This document shows positions 1-11,700 of a stretch of DNA of 64,000 bases, one piece after another. Position 1 is the first letter of the stretch. Each line of letters begins with the position of its first letter. Source of the DNA: a virus; the IMG/VR virus record IMGVR_UViG_3300029319_000019, positions 1 through 64,000 of that record; one strand, written 5' to 3'. Under the pieces are notes generated by a model that saw only the letters and a program-made list of their open reading frames with translations, ran no database searches and was not told the DNA's origin. The position numbers and the translations under genes are program-made.

Positions 1-3
1 ATA

Positions 4-636
4 GTGGAATTAAAATGTAATGATGTTCCTATAACTTTGTTTGATACTTTTTTTGTAGATAAGAAACCATATAAGGTTAATGATATTTCTTTAGAGGTAG
101 TAGACTACAAACCTAATTACATTTTATCTGTAGCTAAGTTAACTAAGTCTTCATTGTTTTTGCTGCCTATGCTTGGCGGTAATAGAAAACTATTTATGTA
201 TGATAAGTTATTTGTTAATGCATTTATAGCAGCTGAAGAACATAAAGACTGTATTGCTTTGCTGTACAGATTTTCAGGTGATACTATCTTTCTGAAGTTT
301 GAACAAGCTTTGAAGAAGTTTAGAAACTTTAGAGATACTTTTGATCCATCTCCATACTTTGTAATGTTTGTATTTGATATACCTACAGATTACAAAGCTG
401 ATTATCAATTGTTTATCAGAGGTAAATATTCAGAGTTTAGTCCTGTTTACAAAACTAGAATACTAGATTTTCATAACTTTAATATCCATGGTCAGATGGC
501 TCAGATATTATTTAAAGATGAAAAGCGCAGACTACGTTTGCAAGAAGAACTAAACACAGAGATAGATCCTGATTCAGAACTGCTAAGTATTATAGATGTA
601 GAACAAGAAACGTTTAATCCAAAAATTTATATATGA
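4..636 (+). CDS. Hypothetical phage protein (possibly 5'-truncated by the window edge)
   Basis: 210-aa ORF whose stop overlaps the ung start (ATGA); no recognisable motif. Confidence 0.7.
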   Translation: MELKCNDVPITLFDTFFVDKKPYKVNDISLEVVDYKPNYILSVAKLTKSSLFLLPMLGGNRKLFMYDKLFVNAFIAAEEHKDCIALLYRFSGDTIFLKFEQALKKFRNFRDTFDPSPYFVMFVFDIPTDYKADYQLFIRGKYSEFSPVYKTRILDFHNFNIHGQMAQILFKDEKRRLRLQEELNTEIDPDSELLSIIDVEQETFNPKIYI

Positions 637-1349
637 GTGCAATAAAAAAGCAAGTAGGGGACTGGTATCCCTTGCTTGAACCGATAGTCAAGTCTAATTA
701 CTTTAAAAGTTTAACGACATCAATAAAGAAAAGTAAAGCAGAGGGTAGAATTATATACCCTGATACTAAGCTTACTTTTCGTGCATTTAAACTTTGCCCT
801 TTGTCAAACCTTAGAGTAGTTATACTTGGACAAGATCCATACCACGACGGTAGCGCAACCGGTCTAGCTTTTGCTAACAGTAACAATAGCTTAAGAGTTA
901 GTCCTAGTTTATCCTGGATTAAGAAAGCTTTAGAACATGAGTATAAGACTTTATGTCTTGACTTTGATTATGATCTAACTAGCTGGGCTGATCAAGGCGT
1001 GCTGCTACTTAATACTGCCTTAACTGTTGAAAAAGGCAAAGCCGGTTCACACACTGTGTTGTGGAACGAGTTTACAAAACAATTATTAACCAGTCTTTCA
1101 GGTAATATAGACAATATTGTCTATGTTCTATGGGGCAAAAAAGCTCAAGATTATGAAAAATTCATACAAGGGAATAACAAAATTGTTAAAGCGCCTCATC
1201 CCGCAGCTGATGCTTACACCGGTGGTAGTGCTGGCTTCCATACTAGTAATAGTTTTACTAGAGTTAACGCGTTTCTTGAAACGCCTATTAAATGGAATAC
1301 ACACTGTGGCGAACCATTGCCTAGAGAGATTACTGAAGTACCTTTTTAA
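633..1349 (+). CDS. ung: Uracil-DNA glycosylase, family 1
   Basis: Catalytic GQDPYH motif, GLAF, QGVLLLNTALTV, LWG and HP(AA) motifs in the expected order. Confidence 0.95.
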   Translation: MSAIKKQVGDWYPLLEPIVKSNYFKSLTTSIKKSKAEGRIIYPDTKLTFRAFKLCPLSNLRVVILGQDPYHDGSATGLAFANSNNSLRVSPSLSWIKKALEHEYKTLCLDFDYDLTSWADQGVLLLNTALTVEKGKAGSHTVLWNEFTKQLLTSLSGNIDNIVYVLWGKKAQDYEKFIQGNNKIVKAPHPAADAYTGGSAGFHTSNSFTRVNAFLETPIKWNTHCGEPLPREITEVPF

Positions 1350-1352
1350 ATT

Positions 1353-1898
1353 ATGAAACAATTAGCAAGAATAATTAAAGACTGTGGCCATCGAGGAAAA
1401 GTTGGTCATGTATATGAAGTAATAGAAACTAATCCTAGAGAAGGATTTAGGCTTATAATGCCTGGAGAAACTCAGTTTAGTTTTTGGTATCCAAAGGATT
1501 GTGTAGAAAAAGTTGAGCCTGGTGCATGCACTGTGCCTACTACTGATCCTGTATCATGGGAAGAAAAGGTAAAAGCTTTAGATGAGATTACCACGGGTCT
1601 GAATATAGATAAGTGGAAAGTCCCTGAGAATGCAGATTTTGCGTGGCACTTGGACAAAGTTACTGAATCCATTACTAATTTACTGAAGGAAAAGAACGCT
1701 GCGTATGGAAACACGGCGCTCAATCCTCTTGGTGTGTTTAGTAAACTTGGAGCAAGTGAAGCTATCAAAGCTAGGATAGATGATAAACTAGCCCGCATAG
1801 CTAACAAAGGATTGAACGATGATACAGAAGACACAGCTAGAGATCTAGTTGGTTATCTGTTGTTACTGCTCATGTCTTTAGAAAGAGAAGGGAAGTAA
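1353..1898 (+). CDS. DUF1599-like (nucleotide-modification-associated) helical domain protein with N-terminal extension
   Basis: C-terminal KNAAYGN...RIDDKLARI...EDTARDLVGY pattern recognised by eye. Confidence 0.65.
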   Translation: MKQLARIIKDCGHRGKVGHVYEVIETNPREGFRLIMPGETQFSFWYPKDCVEKVEPGACTVPTTDPVSWEEKVKALDEITTGLNIDKWKVPENADFAWHLDKVTESITNLLKEKNAAYGNTALNPLGVFSKLGASEAIKARIDDKLARIANKGLNDDTEDTARDLVGYLLLLLMSLEREGK

Positions 1899-4800
1899 TT
1901 ATTTATACGTACCTGATATGAAGTACTTAGCCGCATCTTCTGGGGAAGCTGATTTATTCAGACCTCGAAGAAGCGGTATTAAGTCTTCAAGATCTTTCTG
2001 TATCTTTCTATCACCCTTGTTATAGCGACCTGTCTTTCTTTGATAAAATATTTCTTTTTCATCTATTGGTATTCCAACATTGTACATAAACTCTAGACTT
2101 ATTTGGTCTATTAGTCCTTGTACTTTTTCTATCTGTCTAGCTGTTGCTGTTGGAGATTTAAGTATTCTTATTGCTTCTGCTGTACCATATAGTGGTAGCC
2201 ACTGCTGTACTTCAGCTCTATATCTTAATGCTTGATATAATAAGAAATTGGTTGCCCATGTTTTTTCATCATCATCTATATTGCTTAATGCTGCTATTAT
2301 TACACCGGCTACAGCTAAAGATGATAGATCAGTAACTGTACGTTTAACGTTTTGTTTTTCCATATCAGTTAACTTACCGTATACTTCTTGAGGCATTTCT
2401 TTTTCTCTGACACTTTCTCTTAGCATGTTCCAGAATGATATGTATGTACCTTGTGTAACTGCACCAAGTTCTTCGTCAACATGTATAGATGGTCCATTAA
2501 CACCTCCATGACCATAACGCTTTCTGATACCTGGGTTCATCCAGCTACGGAATAGCATAAATAATTTACCATACCATATTCTGTTTAGAGTTGGTCTGTC
2601 AAAACTACCTTTAGTCTGGTTAGTTCTTCTACTTAAACCTTGTATTAGATTTATAAAATCATATCTATTAAAGTTTGCAACTCTTGGATCTACAGACATC
2701 TTACCTTTTTTATCTATGAGTAATAAATCATATAGATTAGCAGGGTTACCGCTTTCATTCATTATTACATTACCATCCTTATCTTTTAACTTACCTTCTA
2801 AGTTCTTCATCAAAGCTAACATTCTTGTAGAAGATGCTTCATGCTCAGCTGCTTGCTGTACTACGAGTGCATTACCTAGCTGTAAAGCTTTACGTAAATT
2901 TCCTCCTACTAATCTATTACCTTCTTGATCTGTAAACTCAGTTAATGCATCAAAGAATTCTAATGCTTTACCTAACTTTGTTTCAGGCATAAATTTACCG
3001 GTATCAGTTAATCCTGCACCTTCCGCCCAATACTGTGACTTTGCCCAAGCTAAGTCTTTTATATTAAAAAATTGTCCCGCATTTGCTTCAGCTACAATAG
3101 CCATATTATCTATCAAACTCTGGTTAAAACCTTGTAAGAAGTTGAATGATAAAGTATTTATTGCAGTGAATGCATTGATTGCATCTACAGTTTTAGTTAG
3201 TGATATTCCTTTTAGGTTTTGTTTTAGTTGTATCTGCCCAAACATTATAGTATCTACAAAGTCATTTACATGTTTTAAAGTATAAGACTCGCCTGGTTTT
3301 TTTGCAGGTAGTTTGTATCCTAGTTTACTAGCTACTTGACTCAGGTATGCGACACCTTGACTATCAAGCTCCATGGTATCTCTGTTCTCTATGATGTTTC
3401 TGAATAACATCACGTGTCCATAGATTTCACTTTTTGCTTTGAAGTTGTGTGCCATATCTCTAAATAGATATAAACTGCTAGCTACATCTCTAGATACATC
3501 CTTAGATTCTATAGGCCTTGTATGATATACAGGCACTGATTTTTTTAACTCTCCTGTTTTTTCATTATATATACCAAACACTCTATCAGTTTCTTTTACT
3601 GTAAATCCTTCTGATAGCATATCTTTTGTAGCAGGTATAAATCCTTGTTCTTTTAATCTGTCGTAATCTCTTTTACGAACAGATGGTAGTAGATATGAAA
3701 ACTCATCCCAGGTATTTTTAGGCATACGCTTTTTACCTATCATTGCATGTGCTTCTCCAAAGCTTTTTAATGTAAAGTCATAAAACTTTTTAAGTCTTGC
3801 ATCGTTTTGTATCTTAACATACTTTGGATTTTCATATATAGATTGTTTTGGTTTAACTAAGTCTGCTCTTGGATTACCTGTTTCAGGGTTTAGTATACGT
3901 TTTAGAGTAGTTTCTGCATCGTTGTATTGTATTCTAGCTGCTTCTGCGGCCCCTACTTTACCTGCTTCGTATGCTTTTTCTTCTGTTTTTAAAGCATCTT
4001 TTTTTATCTTTTCATATCCAGCTATAATCTTTTCGTATCCTTCAATTGGTTCAGTGTTTTGCTCAAACCATTTATCTACTTCTTTATAATATGCGGTTCT
4101 ATTTTTAGCATTCTCTGTGCTAAAGGTCCAGTTCTTACGCTCCTGTTCATACTTTGCTTGTGATTTATAATCAGCTCTCATTGGCTTTTTATATTTCTTT
4201 CCAAGCTCCTTATACATTTCACGCTTATTGTTTTCGTACTTGTCTATATCTGTTGGTTGTACTAGTGATAGTACTTTAATTGTTTCTGTTTCTCCAAGAG
4301 AGTTTTGAGTTTGATAATCTACCTCTTCTACTATATCTTCATATAACTTTTCTACATCTTCTTCAGGCTGACCTTGCGCGAACTCTTGATATTGTTCATT
4401 TAGATCGCCTTTAAAATCAAGAGTCATATCATTCTTTTTGAATGTAGCTTCTTTTACAGACTTGGTAAACAATTGTATTGTTGCTTCTGATGAATACATT
4501 AAAGGATCAAAGTAGTAAGAGAATGCACTTTTATCTCTATGAGCTTCTGTCATTTCTCTTATCAAAGGTTCTCTACCAGTTAACTTTCTATTCTTGAAAC
4601 TTTGAACAGTCATTCGTTGTGCTTGCTTGTTAAAGTTTTCTTCAGTTATTACCCCTCTATCTCTTTTGTTTTTTAATTCTTTATATTCGTTAGCAAACTT
4701 TCCTTTTTCTATCTCACTTTCAAATCTTCTCCAACGCCCGTGCTCTTCAATGTTTTTTACAATAGCATCTAGTTGTGGATCTACTGCTTCATTGTGATAA

Positions 4801-5759
4801 CCAATTAATATATCAGCCATTATAGGGATTATCTCTTGTTCAAACTGGTTGTTCAATCTTTCAGCTGTAGATATTGTATCAGAAAGCATATCTAACATTA
4901 CATCTAATCTACCTACAGCACCTAACGCTTTTTGATCTAGCACTATTTGTTTTAGTTTTAATAGTGTATCTACAGCATCTAGTGATTCTTTTATGGCATA
5001 CATGTTATTTAGATTAACAAATGTAGCTTGTTCTTCCCTAGGCATGTTCATAATAGAATCAAACTCTAGCACTGCGTTATCTATATTATCTTTGTTCGCA
5101 ACTATAAACGTGTAGAAGTCATCTACTCTGTTGATTCTTTTTACAGCTGCTTGTAGTTGTAGTAATCTTTTTTCTTTTTTAGTTCTCTCTTCTTCTGGTA
5201 AGTTTTTTAAATCTTCTATCTCAGACTCTATGATAACTTTAGCATCTATTGCTAGCTTTTGCATTTCATCATAAGCCTGCGCATCTGTTCTATATGTTTT
5301 AGGTAATGGTTTTTGTTCTACCTCTTCTGTTAAACTTTGACCAACGTTATCATTAGCTCTTTGATTTAGTTTTTTATCTAACTCATACTGATTGCCATAC
5401 GTTATGTCTGCATTTCTATCTTTAACGGCGTCAGCAAAGTTTAGAATAAGATTGTTTACAGATATTTGATATAGGTTTGTATTCTTCTTTGTAGTGGGAT
5501 CTACAATACTTTCTACAAATGTAGATGTTAGTAGTCCAGGCAGCAAACTAGGGTTGTCTATGTATCCTAATTGAACTAGATCTTCCTGTGTTGCGTATAC
5601 TCCGTCTCTTCCTTGAACAGCTCTCACAGCTCCAGTCTCTTTTAGTATGTCTATTACTTTATCAACCTTTCTAGTTCCCGGATTAGAGTTATCAATGTAG
5701 TCAAACAATGTGGTTAACATTGTATTCTCTTCTTTATTTACAAATATCTTACAAGCCAT
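1899..5759 (-). CDS. Large virion cargo protein, third gene of the RNAP block
   Basis: Helical protein directly downstream of the vRNAP. Start placed at ATG 5759 (MACKIF, TAATG overlap with the upstream stop) rather than 5774. Confidence 0.75.
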   Translation of the reverse strand: MACKIFVNKEENTMLTTLFDYIDNSNPGTRKVDKVIDILKETGAVRAVQGRDGVYATQEDLVQLGYIDNPSLLPGLLTSTFVESIVDPTTKKNTNLYQISVNNLILNFADAVKDRNADITYGNQYELDKKLNQRANDNVGQSLTEEVEQKPLPKTYRTDAQAYDEMQKLAIDAKVIIESEIEDLKNLPEEERTKKEKRLLQLQAAVKRINRVDDFYTFIVANKDNIDNAVLEFDSIMNMPREEQATFVNLNNMYAIKESLDAVDTLLKLKQIVLDQKALGAVGRLDVMLDMLSDTISTAERLNNQFEQEIIPIMADILIGYHNEAVDPQLDAIVKNIEEHGRWRRFESEIEKGKFANEYKELKNKRDRGVITEENFNKQAQRMTVQSFKNRKLTGREPLIREMTEAHRDKSAFSYYFDPLMYSSEATIQLFTKSVKEATFKKNDMTLDFKGDLNEQYQEFAQGQPEEDVEKLYEDIVEEVDYQTQNSLGETETIKVLSLVQPTDIDKYENNKREMYKELGKKYKKPMRADYKSQAKYEQERKNWTFSTENAKNRTAYYKEVDKWFEQNTEPIEGYEKIIAGYEKIKKDALKTEEKAYEAGKVGAAEAARIQYNDAETTLKRILNPETGNPRADLVKPKQSIYENPKYVKIQNDARLKKFYDFTLKSFGEAHAMIGKKRMPKNTWDEFSYLLPSVRKRDYDRLKEQGFIPATKDMLSEGFTVKETDRVFGIYNEKTGELKKSVPVYHTRPIESKDVSRDVASSLYLFRDMAHNFKAKSEIYGHVMLFRNIIENRDTMELDSQGVAYLSQVASKLGYKLPAKKPGESYTLKHVNDFVDTIMFGQIQLKQNLKGISLTKTVDAINAFTAINTLSFNFLQGFNQSLIDNMAIVAEANAGQFFNIKDLAWAKSQYWAEGAGLTDTGKFMPETKLGKALEFFDALTEFTDQEGNRLVGGNLRKALQLGNALVVQQAAEHEASSTRMLALMKNLEGKLKDKDGNVIMNESGNPANLYDLLLIDKKGKMSVDPRVANFNRYDFINLIQGLSRRTNQTKGSFDRPTLNRIWYGKLFMLFRSWMNPGIRKRYGHGGVNGPSIHVDEELGAVTQGTYISFWNMLRESVREKEMPQEVYGKLTDMEKQNVKRTVTDLSSLAVAGVIIAALSNIDDDEKTWATNFLLYQALRYRAEVQQWLPLYGTAEAIRILKSPTATARQIEKVQGLIDQISLEFMYNVGIPIDEKEIFYQRKTGRYNKGDRKIQKDLEDLIPLLRGLNKSASPEDAAKYFISGTYK

Positions 5760-8700
5760 TATTTTATTGTACAAGCTTTTGTTATAACCACCTCTCTAGT
5801 TGTTGGTGCTGGTATTGTTATTTCTTTTATTTTTCTATCCATTATAGGGCTAGCTGTTGTTTCACCTGTCTTTTCTTTACGTAGAGCGCTTTGATCTTCA
5901 ACGTTTCCAACTTCATTTACTTGTCCTTTTATCCCTTTCTGTTGAAGTTTTGCATAAATATCTTCTCCTACCTTCACATATATCTCAGGTCCATCTATTC
6001 CAGTGTTACTTACAAAGTAGTCTGGTTTATTACCTTTTCGTGTAATTTTGTAGTTGTTATTTCTATCTCTAGCTACTGCCCTAGAAGATACTGTTGGTAA
6101 CATAAAATTTCCGCCAGGTGTGTGCGTTCCAAAGTTACGAATAAAATCGTGAATAAAGTCATCAAAGTATTCATTGTTGTAAGATTGGTTCTCAATACTA
6201 GAGAAGAACTGCACTGGAGATTGTTGCTCTTCATTTAATATGTTTGTAGTAAATGCTTCTGGTGGTATTATGTCCATGTAAGATCCTCTTCTAGGATGAA
6301 AGCCAGATGTCATTAACTGATTAGCTACTAGGTCCTGTGCAAACTCTTTTACTTCAGAGTCTTCACTAAGTAATAGTTGTCTAAAACTATCTACTAGGGC
6401 ATTCTTTTCTGTAGCATTTAGATTATAAGTTGTATTCAAGTCTATTGTAAATACTATGCTTTGTGTATTGTTTGTAGTGCTTGATTGTAATAGGTCAAAG
6501 AATATATTGTTTTGTACCTTACCACTCTTTCTTAAATTATACAATCTAGTTGCTATGTTATCGTTTGGATTTGTATACAGTTTTTTAAATCTTTCTATAG
6601 ATGTATAATCTTTCAAAGGATTGTTTACATCTTGACTAGTCACCATCTTTAAGAACAACGCTCTGTCTATAAACTTATGTGTAGCTGCATCAAATCTTTT
6701 CTTACCAGTTAAGAATTTTAGTTTTTCTTTGAAGTTGTAGAACGCTGCTCTATTGTTTATAAAGCCTGCTTGATCTCCAGCTTTGATAGTTTCATTTAGT
6801 ATGTTTCTATATGTAGCTTGTATGGGCGAAATAACTTCATCAAACTCTGCTATTGATAAGTCTCTATTTATAAATGTTTCTACTCCGGATATAGCATTTT
6901 CTTCTCTTAGCACCTCGTTTTCTTTTTCAATAAACTCTCTTACACCGGATATTTCATTAACATTATCAAGACCATCAGGATTCATAACTTGGAATGATCT
7001 ACTCAACTCTCTTCCAGTCTTTACTAGAATATTGAAATTGTTTAACATTTTTAATTGAGTTGTATCATCTTCTGTTCTACTGTCTAGTTCTTCCAATGTC
7101 ATATTTTGTACAGACTTTTCTAGATCTCTACTCATTCCATACTCTTTTCCTATCTCTTGTATAGATATAAATAGTTGGCTTGGATTGTAGCCATTAGCTC
7201 TAGCATGCTGTATTGTTTTTACAATAGATGGTTGTGTTAGAAACTTAACTACATACTCTACGGGCACACCAGTTGTAAGCATTAGTCCTGCCACAGGCAC
7301 TGTAAATATATTATCATTTATATCTATTTGTATAGGTTTGCTAGCTGCGTCAACAGAAGCAGATAAATATAAAGATAGAGTTGAGTTTACAAATTTATTA
7401 GAAGGAAGACCAGTAGAAAAATCATGAGCATATGTTTCACCTATATTTTGAAATTCTACACCTTCTATTATTGGGTATCTTTTAAATACATTTCCATTAA
7501 AATCTCCAAGATCTGGTATTCTAAGACTTCCCATTTGAGCAACGTTATGTCCTGATAACATATTAGCCCATAGTCCTATCAATGCATTACCGGCTTTGTT
7601 ACGCATTTCCATTTCAATCTCGTTTAGAGGATTGTTGTAGTCAATAGCTTTTGATAAACTTAACTCAGCTGCTAAGTTTTCTAGCTCTTTACCATCCAGT
7701 GGATCAAATACTTCTTGTAGATACGCAGGACTTGTAATAAGATCCATCATAGTATCATATATCTTTTGATCTCTCTTCTGTCTATCAGTTTCACTAGATG
7801 TTTCTTTTTGCATGACCATCATTTTATCTACGTCAAAGTCACTACCCATCTGTGTTGTTATACCTCCAGGCACTACAATAGCTTTTTCATGGGACTCAGG
7901 TAAAAACTGTACTACTTTTAATGGTAGCATAGAGTTCTTACCTTGGTTAGGTATACGGTATCCTATGACTTTTAGTCTTGAGTCATTTGGATCTACATCT
8001 GCTATGTTTGTACCAGGCTCAAACCCTAAATCACTAGCTCGCATTAACATCTCTGCATGCCACATACCGCCTTCTTCTACATACATTCTAAGTTCTTTTG
8101 TCTGTCCTTGGCTATCTATGTATCCACCAGGCTCTGCTATCTGAACTAGTTCTTTGCCTTTTATCTTTTGTGTGTATACGTTATTGTTAAACATGCTAAA
8201 GAACACTTGTTCAAACTTAGCCTGGTAGTTAGGAAATGCTAGAGGTATATCAAAGCGCAAATCGTTATCACCGTTAGGCACTATGTCTAATGCCCCCAAG
8301 TAGGAGTCAGGAAGTTTTTTATCTCTTAGCGTTCTTACTAGAGCGTCCCTTAGTTTTTCTAAGTATTTTCTTTTTGCATTTAGTCTCTGTTCAGTAGTCT
8401 TAGCATTGTTTAGTTCTGTTATTCCTAGCTCATCTTGTAATGCTTTTAGATCTTCATTTACATTTTCTGAAACTAGTTCGTGGAATGTATTATATAAAGG
8501 TTTGTCTTCAGGTCTTAGGTTAGCTAGTATGTTTTTACGAACCTGTCTTGCAAATACTATTTCAGGCTTTGCAACTCTTGATATAGTTTGTGGAAATCTT
8601 AAGTTTCTAGATTTCTTTTTTATTATAGAGTCTTTTATGTTAGATAGATCATCGTTATATAAATCTATAACAAGACCTGGTGTACCTTTTGTAGCTCCTT

Positions 8701-11700
8701 CTTCATTTGCAACGCCTATGTTGTTTTCTATCATTACTGTTCGCAGTCTGTCTGCTACTGGGTAGTTTGCTGTAAACTCTGAGGTTAATACTGTGTATGA
8801 GTTCTTATCCATATGTAATACAGGCACACCGTTCTGAACAGTTAGCTCTTCATGGTACGGTTTCTGTGGATATATAGGTCTAGGATTACCTTCGTTGTCT
8901 ACGTAACCTCTACCTGCCATCTCATTATCATATGCTTCTTGATCTTTTTCGGTCCACTGACCTTTACCTTGTTGTATGTCTCTATACATTGGAACAGTTA
9001 TATAAGCTTGCGCATCTGTTTTAACTGTAGACTGATAGTTCCTTGTTATCTCAGTAGCTTCATCTTGTTCTAATTGTCTAAGTCCCGCTTTATTACTTGT
9101 TAGAGCTGCATCTAAATCATCCACTACATCTCTAGCGCCAAACGGATCTTGAAAGTCTAGCTCTCTAAACGTTATAGCATTATACTCTTCAGGCATACCC
9201 CATGTAGGATCACCTTGTACATCTCCTTTTATAGATAGTTTATTTCCAGGCGTGGTTAGAAGACGCATTCTTTTGTAGAAGTCTGCAGGACTTTTAGCAA
9301 AACTATAGCCGCCACGTAAAAATTTATTTAGTTCTATTCTAGCATAGAAATCATTTAGTACAAAGTTTCTTATGTCTTCATCACTTCTAATACTTTCATG
9401 CAGCTCTGTTCTATCAAGCCCTATATTATTAGAATAGTCTAGCATTTCTTGTTGATACTCTCCTATTCTAGTAAATGTCTTATCTACTAATTCTTCTACC
9501 TTGTCATTTATAAGTTGATATTTTGGATTCTCAGGATGATACTGTTTCATAGATTGTATCAAAGATTTGAATCCTAGCTCTGTGCTTACATAATCATTTT
9601 GTAATGATAGTATTTGTGGGTTTTTAAACACAGGAGCGCCTAGCTTTGGATGTGTAAATAGATCGTCTAGTTTAATAACTAATGGGTTCTCTCCTTTTGG
9701 ATAGTGGTAGCCTTCTATTAGTTTACTTATATCTTTAGTTTCTTTAGCTTCAATGATTGCATCTTCAGCTGCCTGCATTACAGACAAGTCTTGTAGTATA
9801 AATCCTTTGATTACTTCTCTTGGACTTGTATCCTTTAACTTATTTATACGTTTTACTGGTAAGAATCCCAGCTGATCTCTATCTGCTTGTGTAGATACTG
9901 CAATATACATTACATCCTCAGTCCCATTATTAGCATAGAAGTTTAATCTAGCAGTCAAAGACTCTTTTTCATTCTGTACTTTGTAACCTCTACCTTCACT
10001 TTTATCTTTTGCTGTTTTAGATGCGTCATATATTTGATAGTCAAAGATGGCTCTAAAGTTATTATCTCTTAAACTATTCATCAAAACAGACTGTGCTTTG
10101 TAAAACAATGGGTGTGTTTCATCAAAAGGATTAAATAGTTTTGTTTTCTTTAATTCTTCCCTACGCTCATTAAAACCTCTTCTAATATCAGCACCTATGT
10201 CTTTTATTGGTGTAGATGTTTGTATTGGGTAAAATGTTTTACCGCCAGCACTAAGCATAGATATAGCTCTTTGTCTTTGGAACGTTGGGTATATCTTACC
10301 TAATACACGTATTGCGCCTCTATCAGATTCAAATATATCTCTACCTTGGCTTACAGATCTAGCAAGTATCTCCATACTGCGGTTTGGTATTTGAAATAAA
10401 ATATTATTTAACGCACCAGTGCCTTCATTTCTAAAATAGTTTTGTAAGTTTTCAAATGATTCTTCTTTTGAGTTTGCAAACTGTATAGATAAATTCCATA
10501 AAAACTCATTTAGATTTCTTACGTCGTTGTCTGAATGTATGTGTGCAGGATTACTAAAGTTTCTTTTTTCTTTTTGTAGCAGGGCCCAAGCTTTCATAGC
10601 TGCAGATTGCTTCTCTTTTATTATAGATACCGTACCATCTTCTTGCTCTTTGTATGCAGCTCTTTCATTAGGCATCAATAACTCTCTAGATTGTCTTGAC
10701 CACTCTGTAACAATAGTTGTTGCTAGGTTGTTTGAGTTAGATGGTAGTATTACTACATCTTTTTTAGTTACATCTTTTTCTTGTGTAGGATCAGGTTTTG
10801 TTTTTACAAACGTCTTAACCATACTAAACTTGTTGTATGTCTTAGAAAAGTTGTAATGAAAAGCTGCTTGTTGCTTAGGCGTTAGTGTCTTTAGTTTAGC
10901 TACTACAGGAACTAGATTCTTTTTATATTTAGACAGTCTAGTTATTTCTGCTAGCTGTTCTTTAAAACTTAGCTTATCAACTGAAGCCTCTGCTATATCT
11001 GGGTAGATCTCTTCTAAAGGTATTGCTGTTTGATAGTTTAGTTCGTTGTTCTCAGTTCTTCGTATGTCTAATAAGAATTCTTTTACTTCTGCAGACAGGT
11101 TTAGTACAGGGTTCTCTTCAAGTCTAGATATTTGATGAATCTTTACAGGCGTGTCATCAACCTCTAACAACTCTCCTTGATCGTCTTTTATTCTAATACC
11201 AAAACTTTCTAGCTCTTCTTTTATCTTAGTTCTCCATCCGCTTGTAGTTTCTGTATCACTCCAGTTTTTGTAAACACTTATCATTACAGTTCCTACTTTA
11301 TTTCTTCCTTCAACACTGTTAGGTATATCATCTTTAAACTGTACGCCTTCAGGCATAGCTGCTATCATGGCAGTCTTACCTTGTTTTATTCCTATGTTTA
11401 CTAACTCTACCGCTTTCTCTACAGACTCTTGTGTTGGAGCCCCAAACTCATTTGTTGGCCAACCGCTGAATGCTTCAGCTGCAACTCTATTTGCAATGAT
11501 ACCTTTGTCTGTTTTACTACCAGGGTTAAGTAGCTCTGATATTCTATCTTTAAATTCTTGTGGACTGTTTCTACGTATGTCATTAGCAAATGTAACGACA
11601 GTGTCTATAACTTGTTTTTGTCTTTCGTATCTTAAGTTACTATTTGTTTGTGCTTGTGTTAGTTTAGCTGGTATTATTATTCTTTGACCGCTAGTAGCTA

